A stretch of DNA of 64,000 nt from Eremomyces bilateralis CBS 781.70. Its lineage: Eukaryota. This document shows positions 36,501 through 50,369 of this stretch, piece after piece. The notes beneath the pieces are model-generated. The model was given only the letters and a program-made list of their open reading frames with translations. It ran no database searches and was not told where the DNA came from. Where the stretch lies: assembly GCA_010015585.1 (NCBI GenBank), contig ML975167.1, one strand, 5' to 3'. Position numbers and translations under genes: made by a program. How positions within the stretch are numbered: position 1 is the stretch's first letter; each line of letters starts with the position of its first letter.

Positions 36501-38662
36501 TGGAGGCGGAGAGAAGGGCGAGGCAGTCGGCAGAGGATACAGCGGATACGGCGCAAGCGAGGGTGACGGAGTTGGATGCGTATCGGCAGCGGACGGTGGG
36601 TGAGGTGGAGGGTTTGAGGGCGGAGTTGCATGAGGCAATGAGGGTCGCGAGGGAGGAAGGGGCGAGGGCGGCGGAGGCGGTTGGGAAGGAGCGGTTGGCG
36701 GAGGTGGAGCTGGAGGAGCTGAGTGACCGAATGAGGGGCCTTATTGGGGATGAGAAAGGCGGTGAAGAGGGGGGACTCGGTGGGTTCGTCAAGAGTTTGC
36801 GCGAGGCGGTCAAAGAGAGCGCGGAACGAGTGGAGCTGATCGAGACCCGACTGCACGAGGAGCGGGCCCTGCGGGAGGAAAGCGAATCGAAGATCGTCCG
36901 ACTCAAAGGGGAGCTTGAGGAGCGCGCTATGGAGCTCGAAAGCCTGTCCCGGAAAACGCGAGACGCCGAGGACATCGCGGAACGACACGCGGGCGAGGCC
37001 GAGAAGCACCGACGCGCCGTGTCCGAAGGACTCGATCGGTGGGTGGCATCAGCCGGAGGCGGCGGGGGCAACGACTCGCGACTGGCCGCGCTGCAAACGC
37101 AAATCGAGACGGCGAACGCGCTGGTCAAGCAAAATATCGAGGCCGCGGATACCGCGTCGGAGAAGTTGCGCCGCGCCGAAGAGCGCATTGCGGGCCTAGA
37201 ATCCTACCAGGAACAGGCTAGTCGCGAGAGCTTGAATGCCCGGAAACAATTGCAATCGGCTATGCGTGAGGTCCAAGCGCTACAGGCCGAGAAAAACGAG
37301 TTCAACGCCACCGTGGAGAAGCATATGCTCGAGAGCAACGCTCTTGAAGTGCAGCTCCGCACGCTGAAGTCGCTGCTAGAAGACCGTGGTGTCAATTCCG
37401 CCGAGATGCGCCGCTCCCGAATCCTTGACCGCGAGTCCCCGCTTGGTCAGCGGTACGGCACGCCGGATGTGGGTCGAATGCGCGAACTCGAGCAGCAACT
37501 GGATCATTCGGCGAAGGCGCACGAGGAGCTGCGCATGACCTTCGAGCAACGGGAACAAGAAGTCCAACGCGAATGGGAAGAGAAGATCGCAGCGTTGGAC
37601 AACGACCATCAAGCGGCCGCCCGTTACGTCCGCGGCATCGAGAAGATGCTCGCGAAGATGAAAACCGAGCTCACGCGCGCCAAAGATCGCAATGTCGAGC
37701 TCGAGAAGGAGCTCAGCACGAACATCAACGGCGATTCGCCCCGGGACGGCGAGGCCGACAAATTGGCTGAGAGCCTTGCGGAGAGCCAAAAGGCATGGGA
37801 AACCGAACGGAAGGAAATGCGCAAGGAGTTCGGCGCCCTCCAATCGGAGACGCAAACCACCATCGCCACGCTCGAAGTCAAAATCACCTCCCTCCAATCC
37901 TCGCTTTCCTCCGCCGAAGAAGAACGTCAAACCCTCGCCAAATCTGCGAAAGACGCCACCGAGGCCCAGGAAGCGCGCCTGCAGGACCTCACCACCAAGT
38001 CGGCGGCAGACCTAGATCATCTGCAGAACGAGAACGCCCTTCTCGAAGAACGCGCCCGCGACGCCGAGCGCCGGGTCCAGATGTTCCTCGACCAGTTTGA
38101 ATCGTCCGTGGATAACTATCGTCGCCAGAGCCGCCTCGAAGGGACCCCTGGCATGCCTGGCGCTGCGTTAGCGGCCCTAGACCACAATCCTCACGACTCA
38201 ATCAGCGGCGAGAGCGTATACAGCACCGATAGCGCTCTACCTACCGGTGAAGACGATGATGACGATAGCGGCGACGTGACTCCCTCCGCCGCGCAGTTCC
38301 CGATCATCTCCCCCCTCGGCACCACACCTGGCACCACTAGCATCGGCCACGCGCGCGACCGCAGCAGCACCGCGCTCGACAGCCTAGCCTCCGAGCTCGA
38401 CGCGCTGCGCACGCAGTGGGAGACGACGAACCAGGCGTATCGGCTGAGCGACCGGTTCGATTTCGACGGGCGCACCCCAACGTTCGAAACGCAGGGGTTC
38501 ACCTGGGGACAGCGGCTCGAGCAGCAACGGTCGAAAGATGAGGGCGCCGCGGGCGGGGAGGTGAAGGGGGATGGGGCGGAGACGACAGAGGAGACGAAGA
38601 ATGCGGTGGTCACGGCGGCGAGTATGGGCCCGAATGGCGTGGGCATCGTGACGGGCGTTTAG
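33544..38662 (+). CDS. Kelch-repeat cell-polarity protein (Kel1/Tea1/TeaA-like)
   Basis: YPWSQRRL, PFPRYG, PGPRVGHASLLVGNAFIVFGGD, GRYGHT, REGHSA, PRSGHS kelch repeats followed by a long coiled coil; 3 introns. Confidence 0.93.
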
Positions 38663-39610
38663 GGGGAGGTGGGGGTTCCTTCGTGATGAAAATACCTTCG
38701 ATGCATGCAGGCTTTCTCCTCGGCATAGACTCGTGTTGGCATCGACTGTCCGGTTTACCTTGTCCTTTCGCATCTGGTTGGGCGGAACCGTGTCGCTGGC
38801 ATCCAGCGTCACTCCCACATCATTTTGCTTCATTTGGTTTTCGTGATGTGGGAGGGTTGGAACGGAAATCTTGTTTCATTTGTTTTCAGCCATTCTCTCT
38901 TTTCTTCTTTCCATCGGGGGCGTTGGTGGCCTTCCGGGTACATGGGACTGTATGTAACTCCAGCCTGCCCGAACTACCTCATGAGGGACTTTCCGTCCGA
39001 CCCATGTACGTCTGTCACGATTCAGGGATACGAGAAGGCTTGAAAGGCTACGGCTAGATCAAGCGGTACATGTAAAAGATACCTATGTTTAAATTCTAAG
39101 GAGGGACAATACATCCATTTTGATGATTTCAGATTGGTGTTCCAACCAGCGATTCATTCCTGCGTGTATCGAATATCTCATATGGCAGGCTTAACATAGG
39201 ATTACTCCGACTTGTACCAATTGTACCTACATCAATGAAAGCAGGCATTAGGTTGTCGATCTTCGTATTTTTCTGGAAGGATTGATAATAATTATTATTA
39301 TTACGTACGCAGTCCACATCCTCCACCACCACGTGAGGATCCCCATTTTACTGGGTGATTTCAGGGACAGGGGAAACTTTGGAAACATTGACCGCATTCG
39401 ACCAAAGAATAACTTTCGTCAACACCTCAACTCGTCAACTCTTCAACAATATCCTACCGCTATTGATTTCTACCACGCCACCCTTTCCACACGATCTTCT
39501 CGGACTCACAGCTTGGCGGACACATCCTTCGTTTCCCCGAACCGCCCCCCCGATCTTCCCCAAGTTCTCTATCCCACCCTCTCCCGCACTACACACAATG
39601 CGATGATTCC

Positions 39611-41620
39611 ATGGCCCGCGACGACCCCCGCGCGCTCCGCAAAGCCGAGCACCTCACCCCTTCCTCGCCCGACGATGAAGAAGCTCGCTCCCTGCTCTCC
39701 GCCTCCGACGACGAGGACGGCCCCGTGATCCACCGCGGCGACACCCCCAGCCCCACCCCCAGCGGCACCGTGAGCCCGCCCACCCTCGATCATCACCTGC
39801 GCCAATCCGCCCTCGCCCAGCCGCGACCGTCGGGCACGCCGCGGACGCCGAACCGCGTGCGGTTCGAGTTGCAGATGCAGGACGCGATGAATGGGGAGGC
39901 AACATCGGGGGGGGCGAACGGGCATGTGGAGGAGGCGTGGATGGATGAGGAGGATTATTTGAGTAGTATGGGGGAGGGGAGGAGGAATAGTCAGGGGCAG
40001 CGGCTGCCGTTGCTGACGGACATCGAGGCGCCGAGCGTGACGGTGGCAACGCAGGTCGAGGGAGAGCCGGAGAACTATCTGGAGAGTGCACGGCCGAAGA
40101 GTGGGATTCTCAGCGCGTTCACGAACATGGCGAATAGTATAATGTAAGGATCTGGCGGCGGATATCTGATGGGCGAATGCTGACCGCGATGCAGTGGTGC
40201 TGGGATCATTGGACAGCCATATGCGTTTCGTCAAGCGGGCATGTTCACGGGCGTGTTTCTGCTCGTCGCGCTGACCATCACCGTCGATTGGACCATTAAT
40301 TTGATTGTCGTCAACTCGAAATTAAGCGGTGCGAACTCGTTCCAAGCGACTGTGCAGCATTGCTTTGGCAGGAATGGACTCATCGCAATATCAATTGCGC
40401 AATGGGCATTGTAAGTACCTACCCGTCCCCTCATGGATAAGGCCGGGGCGTAGAAGGCTAACCTTATCCAAGCGCCTTTGGCGGCATGCTTGCTTTCTGT
40501 ATCATTGTCGGGGACACGATTCCCCATGTCATGATGGCACTCTTTCCTGATCTCCCCAACATGACCTTTTTCTGGCTCCTAACGAATAGGCGGGCCGTCA
40601 TTGTAATTTTCATCATGGGGCTGTCTTATCCCCTTTCTTTGTATAGAGATATTGCAAAGGTTCGCACCCCGTTCGCTATGGGCTTCTGATGTATACTGAC
40701 GGTCACAGCTTGCGAAAGCGAGCACGCTCGCGCTTATCAGCATGTTGGTCATCATACTCACGGTAATAACACAGGGTTTCCGGGTCCCCAGCGAATCTAA
40801 GGGAAAATTGAGCGGGAATTTGTTTGTGAATAGCGGGATCTTCCAGGCAATAGGCGTCATCTCATTTGGTATGTTCCCGTTTACTACCTCAAGGGTGCTA
40901 TCGCTAACATGTCAAAGCTTTTGTTTGCCGTAAGGACCCATCTCCGTACCATACGAAAGTCTATCATTAACTCTCCGCAGATCACAACAGTCTTTTGATT
41001 TACGGCTCTCTGAAGAAGCCGACGCTCGATAGATTTGCGCGGGTTACTCATTACTCCGCTGGCATATCCATGGTCGCATGTATAGTTTTGGGGTTGGTTG
41101 GATTTCTTACTTTTGGCGACAAGACGCAGGCCAATGTCCTGAACAATTTCCCTTCCGACAACCTCATGGTCAATATTGCTAGATTGTATGTCTTATTCCC
41201 CCCTCAACTATGTATCAGCAACTAACCTATCCCAGCTGTTTCGGTCTTAATATGCTCACGACCCTTCCGCTGGAAACCTTCGTTTGCCGCGAAGTCATGA
41301 CCACCTACTATTTCCCCGACGAACCTTTTAACGCAAGCCGCCACCTCATCTTCACCACTGCCCTCGTCTTTGCTGCGATGGCGTTATCCCTGTTTACCTG
41401 CGATCTCGGAGCGGTTTTCGAGCTGATCGGGGCGACAAGCGCGTGCGCTCTGGCTTACATTCTTCCGCCGCTTTGCTATATCAAGCTTAGCACCCGCAGC
41501 TGGAGGACAGGTGCGGCCGTGATCTGCGTGGCATTTGGCAGCTGCGTGCTAGTCATGAGCATTGTCCTAGCATTGGTGGACATAGCGAAGGGAGGAGGTT
41601 CTGCGCAGACATGCAGTTGA
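39611..41620 (+). CDS. Aa_trans-family amino acid transporter (AVT2/SLC38A11-like)
   Basis: AFTNMANSI-GAGIIGQPYA, FGGMLAFCIIVGDTIP, YPLSLYRDIAK, FVCHHNS, LTTLPLETFVCREV; multiple introns including a 12-nt exon. Confidence 0.9.
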
Positions 41621-41690
41621 GCAATAAAAGCCAAGTCTAAATGTACCAGGTATTGATGTGTGATGCAATAGATTGGGACAACGTATAGAC

Positions 41691-42969
41691 CTATTCAACC
41701 TTTCCAACTATCTGGAACTGGCCCGGTTCGTGGCCACCCGTGAGCATTTCAAGATCAGCTAGGTCCTTTCCAACGTATTCGTAGACTCGGCTCCAATCAG
41801 ATATCTCGTGGAGCCTTTGACCGAGATAGTTCTCGAATCCTTCGACTACTTCCTTATGTTGGTTCAAAACTGCCGCCTCCTCAACGAGGCCATGCCTAAC
41901 CCGCAACTGGAAGAAATTTCCCTCCCCTTTGGAGTCAGGAACGTCCACACGTACAGTAAATTGCGGAGTCTGTAGATACTTCCACTCTAAGGACTGCCTG
42001 ACGTCAGCTAATGAATCGCACGCTGCAAATGAGTCCACTGACCTGAAGTTCGGTATATCCCTTCCTCAACCCCTCGATTTCCAATAATTCATCTCCAACT
42101 GTCTGTAATTCCGCCACCCCGCCACTTGCGCCATACATTTCCTCAAATTCCCCCCTTACGGCCTCTCGAAATCTGTCGAAGCTCACCCTCACGTTCGCCA
42201 CCTCCGAACTCACGCTCTCCACCCCCTTGGCGTCGATCGACTCTTTGGACGGACTATGCAAGTACCTCGGAATGTCCTCCAGGTACTCCGAGTTCAGCAA
42301 GCACGTCGCGTGATGCAACGCCCTCGTCCGCGTGATCTTATACGCTGACCCGGACACCTTGGCGGACTTGTATCCTCGATTCTCGTTTCGCACGTCAATG
42401 ACAATGTCATGCCGCTGATTCACCCGCGCCGTGCTCACTCTGCTTCCGCCGAGCGAGCGCAGCGCTTGCGCCACCATGTCCGCGTGCTTATCGCGAGTGA
42501 ACAGAGCAGGCGGGCAGGTTACGGACCAGTTCACGTTGCCCAGGTCGTGGAAAACGGCACCGCCGCCGGAACGACGGCGGACGAGGTCGATTAGTTGGCC
42601 TTCTTCTGCGGGTTGACAGTTCGTTTCGGCATCGGTATTGCCGGCTTCAATCGGGTTATTTATATGCCCTTGGTGCCGCTCATGCTCCTGGCGGAGAAGC
42701 GGCAGGTTCACTTCCAGCCATGGATTCTGGTTGCGGCCGATGACTATGCAGGGCCGGTTGACGTAGAGAAAGAGGATGGTAGAGTCTGGAGGGGTGTGGG
42801 TGAGGAGATAATGCTCAATCGACAAGTTGAGATAGGGGTCATTGGAACGGGAGATGTAGGATTGGACCGGAGCGTTGATACCCGTAAGGAAGCTTGAAGT
42901 GGTGATCTTGCGACGACCAATATGCTTGATCGGGTTGACACGAAGGAGATCGCGTCGAAAGAGGAGCAT
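41691..42969 (-). CDS. AIM22: Lipoate-protein ligase A
   Basis: PYLNLSIEHYL, IGRNQNPW, RRRSGGGAVFHDLGN, KVSGSAYK, HHATCL, WKYLQTPQF; one intron. Confidence 0.9.
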
Positions 42970-43499
42970 TGAAAAGCACTATCCCCTATAAATTTTCTCA
43001 TCACACATATTGTCTGCTCAATGTGTCTCAATAAAGAAGTTGCTATTATTTGTTTCCATAAGATTTGAGGTTTGGTGATTTGCAACTTATTTATTCCAAT
43101 TCAAGTCTGATGTAAAGGAGGAAATACAGATATATCTGCAAGGCTTCAAGGCCCTAAGGCATAAAGTATCAAGCAGGCCCAAGCTTTCCTTGCCATTCAA
43201 TGGCGACTTTCATGAGCTTGAACGTCACCATCCAACAGCCTATTCACTCCAAACACAACACTCGACACACACGTTTACTTGTATTTAATTTTTGAGACGT
43301 GTATTCGAAGAGTTACGAAGGCCTCACAAAATCCAATCCTCTTTCTTTCCCCAGACACCATCCGAGAAGTTCCATCACTCCCATCAATACGCCAAACCGC
43401 CTTGGAACCTACTTCCACAGGAGAGCCGCTTGCTCCATTTCCTTGAATATCAAGACCACCGAACACTTATAGCATACCCCCCATCTCAGATTGCCCGTC

Positions 43500-45129
43500 A
43501 TGTCTAGCGGGCAGCTGTTGAAGGCCGAAAAGGACTTTACAAAGGAGGCCGACCAGCTGATTCCCGAAGCAGAGCAGCTTGCAAAGGTACATATCCAAAC
43601 GTCCGCTTACAGCCAATGGTCTCACGTTTCCTAGTCCGATATCAATGGAGCGATCGAGAAACTCCTTGTGCTGGAGAAGAAGGCTCGACAGGCCTCCGAT
43701 CTGGCCTCGACGAGTAAAGTCCTTCTCTCGATTGTCAACATGTGCAAGGCTGCCGGAGACTGGTCATTGCTAAATGAGCAGGTGCAACTCCTATCGAAAA
43801 AGCATGGTCAGCTCAAACAGGCGGTCACCAAGATGGTGCAGACGGTCCTCGGATTCTTAGACGATACTCCGAACACGGACGTCAAGCTATCTGTCATTGA
43901 TACCCTGCGGACGGTGACGGAAGGGAAGGTATTGCTTCCCTCGTATCTATAATGGGAGGAACAGTTTGCTAAATATATGCCAGATCTTCGTCGAAGTCGA
44001 GCGAGCCCGAGTTACCAAAATCCTCAGTAACATCAAGAAGGAACAGGGAGACATCAAGGCGGCCACGGAGATTCTATGTGAGCTGCAAGTCGAGACGTTC
44101 GGGTCGATGACTCGCCGCGAAAAAACCGAGTTCATCCTGGAGCAAGTGGAGCTATGCGTCGAGAACGGCGACTGGACACAGGCCGGGATTTTGAGCCGGA
44201 AAATCAGCACGAGGTACTTCGGCCGTAAACCGAAGAAAAGCCCGGAACAACTGGAGAAGGAGAAGAAGGAACGGGAAGAAAAAGAGAAGACGAGGAGTGC
44301 CGACGAGCCACCGCCAGAGCCGGAAGATGATGTGACGGATCTGAAGCTGCGGTACTACGAGCTCCAAGTCACTCTGGCAAAGCATGATGACAAATATCTA
44401 GACACCTGCAAATACTATCGACAGGTGTTGGACACGGAGGCGGTGGAAGAAAACGCACAACAGCTCACCGCGGTATGTTAATCACTCTCCATCTCTCCAA
44501 TACGAAACTAACAGCAACAGGTCCTACAGAGAATCATCTACTTCATCATCCTCGCCCCCTACGATAACGAACAATCCGACCTCCTCCACCGCATCTTCCG
44601 TGACTCCCGCAACGAGCAACTCGTCAAAACCGACTACAAGCTCCTCGAGAAGTTCACCAAACCCGAAATCATGCGATGGCCCGAAGTCGCCGAAGTCTGG
44701 GGCGCCCACCTCTGCTCAACCGACATCTTCTCTGCCAACGACGATCCGAAGGACCCCAAAGCCTTCCAGCGGTGGCAAGACCTCCGCAAGCGCGTCATCG
44801 AGCATAACGTGCGGGTGATCGCGAAGTACTACACGCGGATCGGCATGTCGCGGCTCCAGCAGCTGCTCGACCTCGAGGGCGACGAGACGGAGAAGTACAT
44901 CAGCGACCTAGTGACGGCGAAGACCATCTATGCTAAGATCGATCGGCCCGCCCGAGTCATCAGTTTCGCCAAGCCACGCGATGCGGACGATGTGCTGAAC
45001 GAGTGGAGTGGAAACATGAAGAGTTTGCTGGGGTTGCTGGAGCGGATCGATCATTTGATCACGAAGGAGGAGATGATGGCCAGGATCAAGCCGGTGGGGT
45101 CAAAGAGTAAGGGGGAGACGGCAAGCTAA
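43500..45129 (+). CDS. RPN5: 26S proteasome lid subunit Rpn5
   Basis: LEKKARQASD, SKKHGQLKQA, TEGKIFVEVERAR, ELQVETFGSM, PCI domain EHNVRVIAKYYTRI; 3 introns. Confidence 0.96.
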
Positions 45130-45677
45130 GCGGGTGACGGGCTCATGCTTAAGGATGCGGATGGCAAACGCAAAGGGGTGTGCATGCGGACTGGCGCAAT
45201 GGTATCCAAGCGGCTTTTGTGTTGATACATTAGATTGCGATTCAAATGGATTGGTCGGGCGTAGAAACTGGAGTATCCTTCAGCTAGTCTCCCTCCGCAT
45301 CCTTCAATATTGTACTCGAAGCACACGAGGTCCGATTGAAATGAAGATTATCCTGCTTCGTTCAATTCCAATTTGTATCTACTCTTCAAATATCGATGCT
45401 ATTGAGATCCTTCGCTTAGTGTATCAAACAATTATATTGGTCCCATTCAGCCCCTGACACAACGGCGGATCTGATTGATCTGCTAAAGCAAGAAATTTGC
45501 GGCCTCAGGCAGGAAATGGTGATAAACATCCCTTGATGATCAATCAAGATCCGACGGCGGCATATCAAAGTCACCGTCCGATTGAATCTTTAGAGCACAA
45601 TTGGAAGGGTGCGGCATAAAATCAAACCATGATACGATAAAGGAGCCAGTATCTCATATCCTCCATCCATCCTCACC

Positions 45678-46529
45678 ATGGCGGCCCCAACCCCCACCTC
45701 GCCCATCAAAATCCTCATGCTCCACGGCTTTACCCAATCTGGCCCCCTCTTCCGCGCCAAAACCCGCGCCCTCGAGAAGAACCTCCAGAAAGCCTTTCCC
45801 GCCGGCGTCACCCTCTCCTATCCGACCGGGCCAATCCGCCTCGCGCGCGCCGAGATCCCGAGCTTCGACAATCCCTCCGCCACCTCCGAAGCGCCGAAAG
45901 ACAATGCCGGACAACTCGAGGATGACCTAGATGCCTGGGGTTGGTGGAAGCGAAAGGCGAATACGGATCCGTTTGTGTGTGAGGGGTTGGAGCTGGGGAT
46001 GGGGAGGGTGGCGGAGGTCCTGGAGGCAGAGGGGCCGTTTGATGGGGTAATTGGGTTCTCGCAGGGTGGCGCGATGGCGGCGATGGTGGCGGCGCTGTTA
46101 GAAGAGGGAAGGGGAGAGGCGGTCAGGAAGCATGAGAAGGATGGCGGGATTCGCTTTCCGGAAATGTTGGAGAAACGAGACGGTGATGTGAGCCGCACGA
46201 TCCACCCGCCTTTCAAGTTCGCGGCGTGCTATAGCGGATTCAAGCTGCTGCATCCGATGTATAAGGGATACTACGAGCCATCGATCAAGACCCCCGTGCT
46301 TCATTTCCTGGGGAGCCTGGATACGGTGGTCGATGAGAAGAGGTCGTTGGCGTTAGTGGACGTCTGCGAAGGGGGACGACAGAAGTTGGTGTATCATCCA
46401 GGCGGCCACTTCCTACCGAGCAGCCAGCGACAGTTCGTTGGGGCTCTGATTGCATTCATGAAGGAGGCACTGGCGACTCCTGGCGACGACGAGGAGGAGA
46501 AGGCGGAAGATATGGATCTCCCATTCTGA
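45678..46529 (+). CDS. FSH1-family serine hydrolase
   Basis: KILMLHGFTQSG, GPFDGVIGFSQG (GxSxG), GSLDTVV, HPGGHFLP. Confidence 0.92.
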   Translation: MAAPTPTSPIKILMLHGFTQSGPLFRAKTRALEKNLQKAFPAGVTLSYPTGPIRLARAEIPSFDNPSATSEAPKDNAGQLEDDLDAWGWWKRKANTDPFVCEGLELGMGRVAEVLEAEGPFDGVIGFSQGGAMAAMVAALLEEGRGEAVRKHEKDGGIRFPEMLEKRDGDVSRTIHPPFKFAACYSGFKLLHPMYKGYYEPSIKTPVLHFLGSLDTVVDEKRSLALVDVCEGGRQKLVYHPGGHFLPSSQRQFVGALIAFMKEALATPGDDEEEKAEDMDLPF

Positions 46530-47867
46530 AGATGCTTGTGAACATCTCTACCTCGGAGCATTAGAGAATGGTGCAGTCAGATCACCGAGTTGCCTTCCCG
46601 CGTAAAACAAGATACCTGAAGATTACCAATCAGACCCATCCCGACTGAGTGGCAGGATTAACAAGCTGAAGGGCTTGTGGGCATGGACGTCTTTCAAGTA
46701 AAGCCAGTACAGGTAGTAGACTGGGATATATGAGAACTGGAATAGATGAAGATCGCCTACAGGACGTCCCATATGGTAATTGTACGATGCCTCACACTTC
46801 CACTTACGGCTTGCTGGTTCTCCTCAACGATGTGATAGATATTAGCCAGAACGCGATGGCTATTTAGGCAAGACACATAGAAACTTGCTCTTGTAAGAAT
46901 AGGGCACGCTTATATTTATCTTGGATACATATGATCTATCATGCTTCTTGCCACGCAGAGACCTAATGCCTACTAAGCGGATGTCGTATTCTACGCGATT
47001 TCTACATCGGATTGGAGATCTGCAGACTGCAGACTTGCAGTCATATTTACTAAGCGTTTTAGCGGAACGATTCGATGGTTACATCAACCCGCCATCCTCT
47101 CTCCATCCCCGGCCGGCTCTTTGGAGAAATCCCCGAGGTCATTGGCCGAGATCGACGACATGGTACTGAAAAGGCTGAACATACTAAGCTACTTTGTGCA
47201 GTTTGAACAAGCATTGTGGCACTCGTCCCGCTGCAGAACCCTGAATTCCTGGAGTCGCCGACAATGGGGGTGGAATCCGTGTTTAAGATTCGCCACTTTC
47301 TGGGTTAGTGTCACTTAGTGTGAGCCTCAAGCCTTCTCAGATCCATATTCATATAACTATCCATTCTAGATCAGATGGTGATCTATCCGCACTCCCCAAG
47401 ACCCTAATGCGAATAAGACGGCTAAGACCCCGCTCTCGGCTCGTCTAACGGCATTACGGCGCAAGTGCAAGAAATGAGGTTTTCCTGGAGTTACACCGTA
47501 CACGATACCCGAACAGTCAATATCCTAGGACATCTTGCTCTGCCCAGATCGATATGTTGTACCGATAGTCCGATGCGGTCGGTCCCATCCGACAAGTTGC
47601 TATTAGGGCAGCTTAGTCGTTCACGTCGAAGCTTTCCACTATGGCAAGGACATCCGCAGTTAGCGAGAAGCCGTGAAGGCGAATTAGACACTAAAATGGA
47701 TTTGATCGTCCCATGAACTAAGCTTGTTTCCGCCATTCCTTTAAATTAGCCTATTCCTCCCCGCGCATGTGTTACTTGACTATGATTTTCGTCATTTGTT
47801 TTCAGATGCTTGTTTGCGTTCCTTGATCTGACCTGGATCTTTTGGAGTCCTGGTTCGTTGTACCAAT

Positions 47868-49628
47868 ATGTTCTGGAGTTCAGAAAGTATGCAATCGGCT
47901 GTCCTGTTCAGGGTCTGAGCCGAGGAGGCTGATATCGAGTCCTTTATAGAGAAGCCTTCGTCGATCGGCGATGTCGATAATCAAGATGCGGTTCCTGAAT
48001 ATCATGGACCAGATCCGGACGATGTCGAAGTCTCATGTCCGACACATACCACCGAACGGAAACTCGTGAATAAGATCGACTTTCACGTCATCCCGTTTCT
48101 CTGCATCATGTACCTCTTGGCTTTCCTAGACAGGTCAGTGTTTCCGAGAAGGGAAGATCCTCGACAAAGCTGAAGCGGTCCATAGAGTTAATATCGGGAA
48201 CGCCAATGTCTTTGGCCTGTCTAAAGAGCTCCAGATCGATGATGGCAATAAATACAATACAGCGCTGACAATCTTCTTCGTCCCATACATCATATTTGAG
48301 ATACCTTCAAACATAATGCTCAAGAAGTTCAAACCAAACTATTGGCGTGAGTAGATCGGCTCTTTCCAACAGAATCGATCCTCTAACCGTTTCAGTTGGG
48401 GGCAACATGTTTATGTTTGGCGTCATCACCATGGCTCAAGGATTTGTAAAAAACTACAGCGGGCTGCTGGCCACGCGGTTCTTTTTGGGAGTCTTCGAAA
48501 CAGGCATGTTCCCGGGAGCCTTCTATCTCATCGGGATGTGGTACAAACGTACCGAAGCCCAGAGACGGTACTCGTTCTTCTTCAGTAGCACGACCCTCGC
48601 CGGTGCATTCGGAGGTCTTCTCGCGTCTGCGATAGGGAAGATGGACGGAATCAGGGGATACAGTTCTTGGCGTTGGGTGTTTATCATCGAGGGACTGCTG
48701 ACCGTCTTCGTGTCCGTATTCTTCATCTTCTGGTTGCCGACCTTCCCGGAAGAGTCGAAGTGGCTTAAAAACGATGAACTTGCGTTTGTCAAGGCGCGAT
48801 TGCGGGCCGATCAGGGCAAATCCGGCGCCGAGCGCACCATCACATGGAAAGGTGTCGTGCGCGTCTTCAAAGATCCCAAGATCTTTGTGGGAGGCTTCAT
48901 GTACTTGGTAAGTATTGGTCCGCTCCATACCATGCTTGAAGCGACTCTGACCTTTCTCAGGGATTGATCGTTCCGGCCTATGGCTACGCTTACTTCAGCC
49001 CGACCATCATCAGTGGATACAAGTATTCGCCTATCCAGACTCAGCTACACTCGGTCCCTCCGTACGCTGCTGCCTTCGCCCTGGCGATGATCATTGCCTA
49101 CATCAGTGACAAGACTCAACATCGCTTCGCATTTACGATATTTCCAATATGTGTAGCAATTGCCGGATTTGGAATCCTTATGGGTAACCCTCCAGACACC
49201 AAAGCAAAGTACGCTGGACTGGTCCTGGTAGCGATGGGGTGTTATGCGTAGGTCCGACCCCAAACCGAACTTCGAACAGTCGCTGACACATGTGTAGTGC
49301 AATGCCCGTGATCGTCTGTTGGTTCAACATGAACCTCGGAGGCCATCACCGTCGCTCCGTCGGCAGCGCGTGGCAGGTCGCATTCGGCAATATCGGCGGT
49401 TTCATCGCCACGTATTCATTCGTGACGAAAGAAGCTCCACGGTATATCACGGGATATTCCATTAGCATCGCGTTCGTCTGCCTTAGCGGCCTCAGCTGCA
49501 CCATATATTACATTATGTGCTTAATAGCGAACCGGAAGAGGGACAAACAGCCAGTTGACCTGGGGCTCTCCGAGTATGAGAAGACGGAGCTTGGAGATCT
49601 AAGTCCCGAGTATCGCTACCTCTTGTAA
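47868..49628 (+). CDS. MFS transporter, Dal5/Tna1 (anion:cation symporter) family
   Basis: ERKLVNKIDFHVIPFLCIMYLLAFLDR-VNIGNA, FEIPSN, RFFLGVFETGMFPG, WRWVFIIEG, GDLSPEYRYLL; start inferred via an intron. Confidence 0.9.
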
Positions 49629-50369
49629 ATCACTCCATAGTTAGAACTCAAAAAGACAAGTGGAATGCAACAAGCGGGAATTAATCCTGAAGCCTGAAAG
49701 TCAGTCAGTAGGGTTCCAGATCAGTCCTCTGATCATCCCCCTGAGACTCAATAGGGCACTAATGGTCCACATTGGGAGAATTGACTTGAATGAAATCATA
49801 TCCTTCATTCTGCTTGTTTACTGCATTATACAGGTATATAACAATAGGAAGTGATACCGGTATCACGTTTCCAATGCGTTATAGTGGAGGTCCGCCACCG
49901 ATCTAGAGCAGCCCATGAATACCAACACCTATATTCATAAGGGGGGAGGTAACTGACTTCTCATCACCCTAAGCACCCCCCAGCGATATCTGAAGAGCGA
50001 GGGGGGCCTAATGAATCCCTGGTCTTCCTCAACCCCCGAGTCTCCAGATTGTGAAGCCGACTAGCGGATGGTATCCCCCTACCGGAGGTAGAAGAACGGA
50101 TGGTGCGACCATATAGAAGCATCAGCCACCCATAATCTTGAAAACTTCTAAACGAGAACATTGATACGGTCTCAAGATGGGTTGAGACCGTAGGATCTCG
50201 CCGACCTCTCTTTTGTTTTCAACTTGCCCATGCCGCTCTGACCATGGCCCAATATTCCAGGAAATATGTGCCGTTCGTTCACAGTTTCGCTCCTAAATCA
50301 CCGGATAGGAGGAGGCGATTAAGGAGAGCACCCGTAGCACAGGAGAGTTGCTACTGTCTTGGAAGTGGC

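Noticed and set aside
43180..43230. Possible Rpn4/PACE site upstream of RPN5
   Set aside because: Only partial TGGC-core matches; not supportable.
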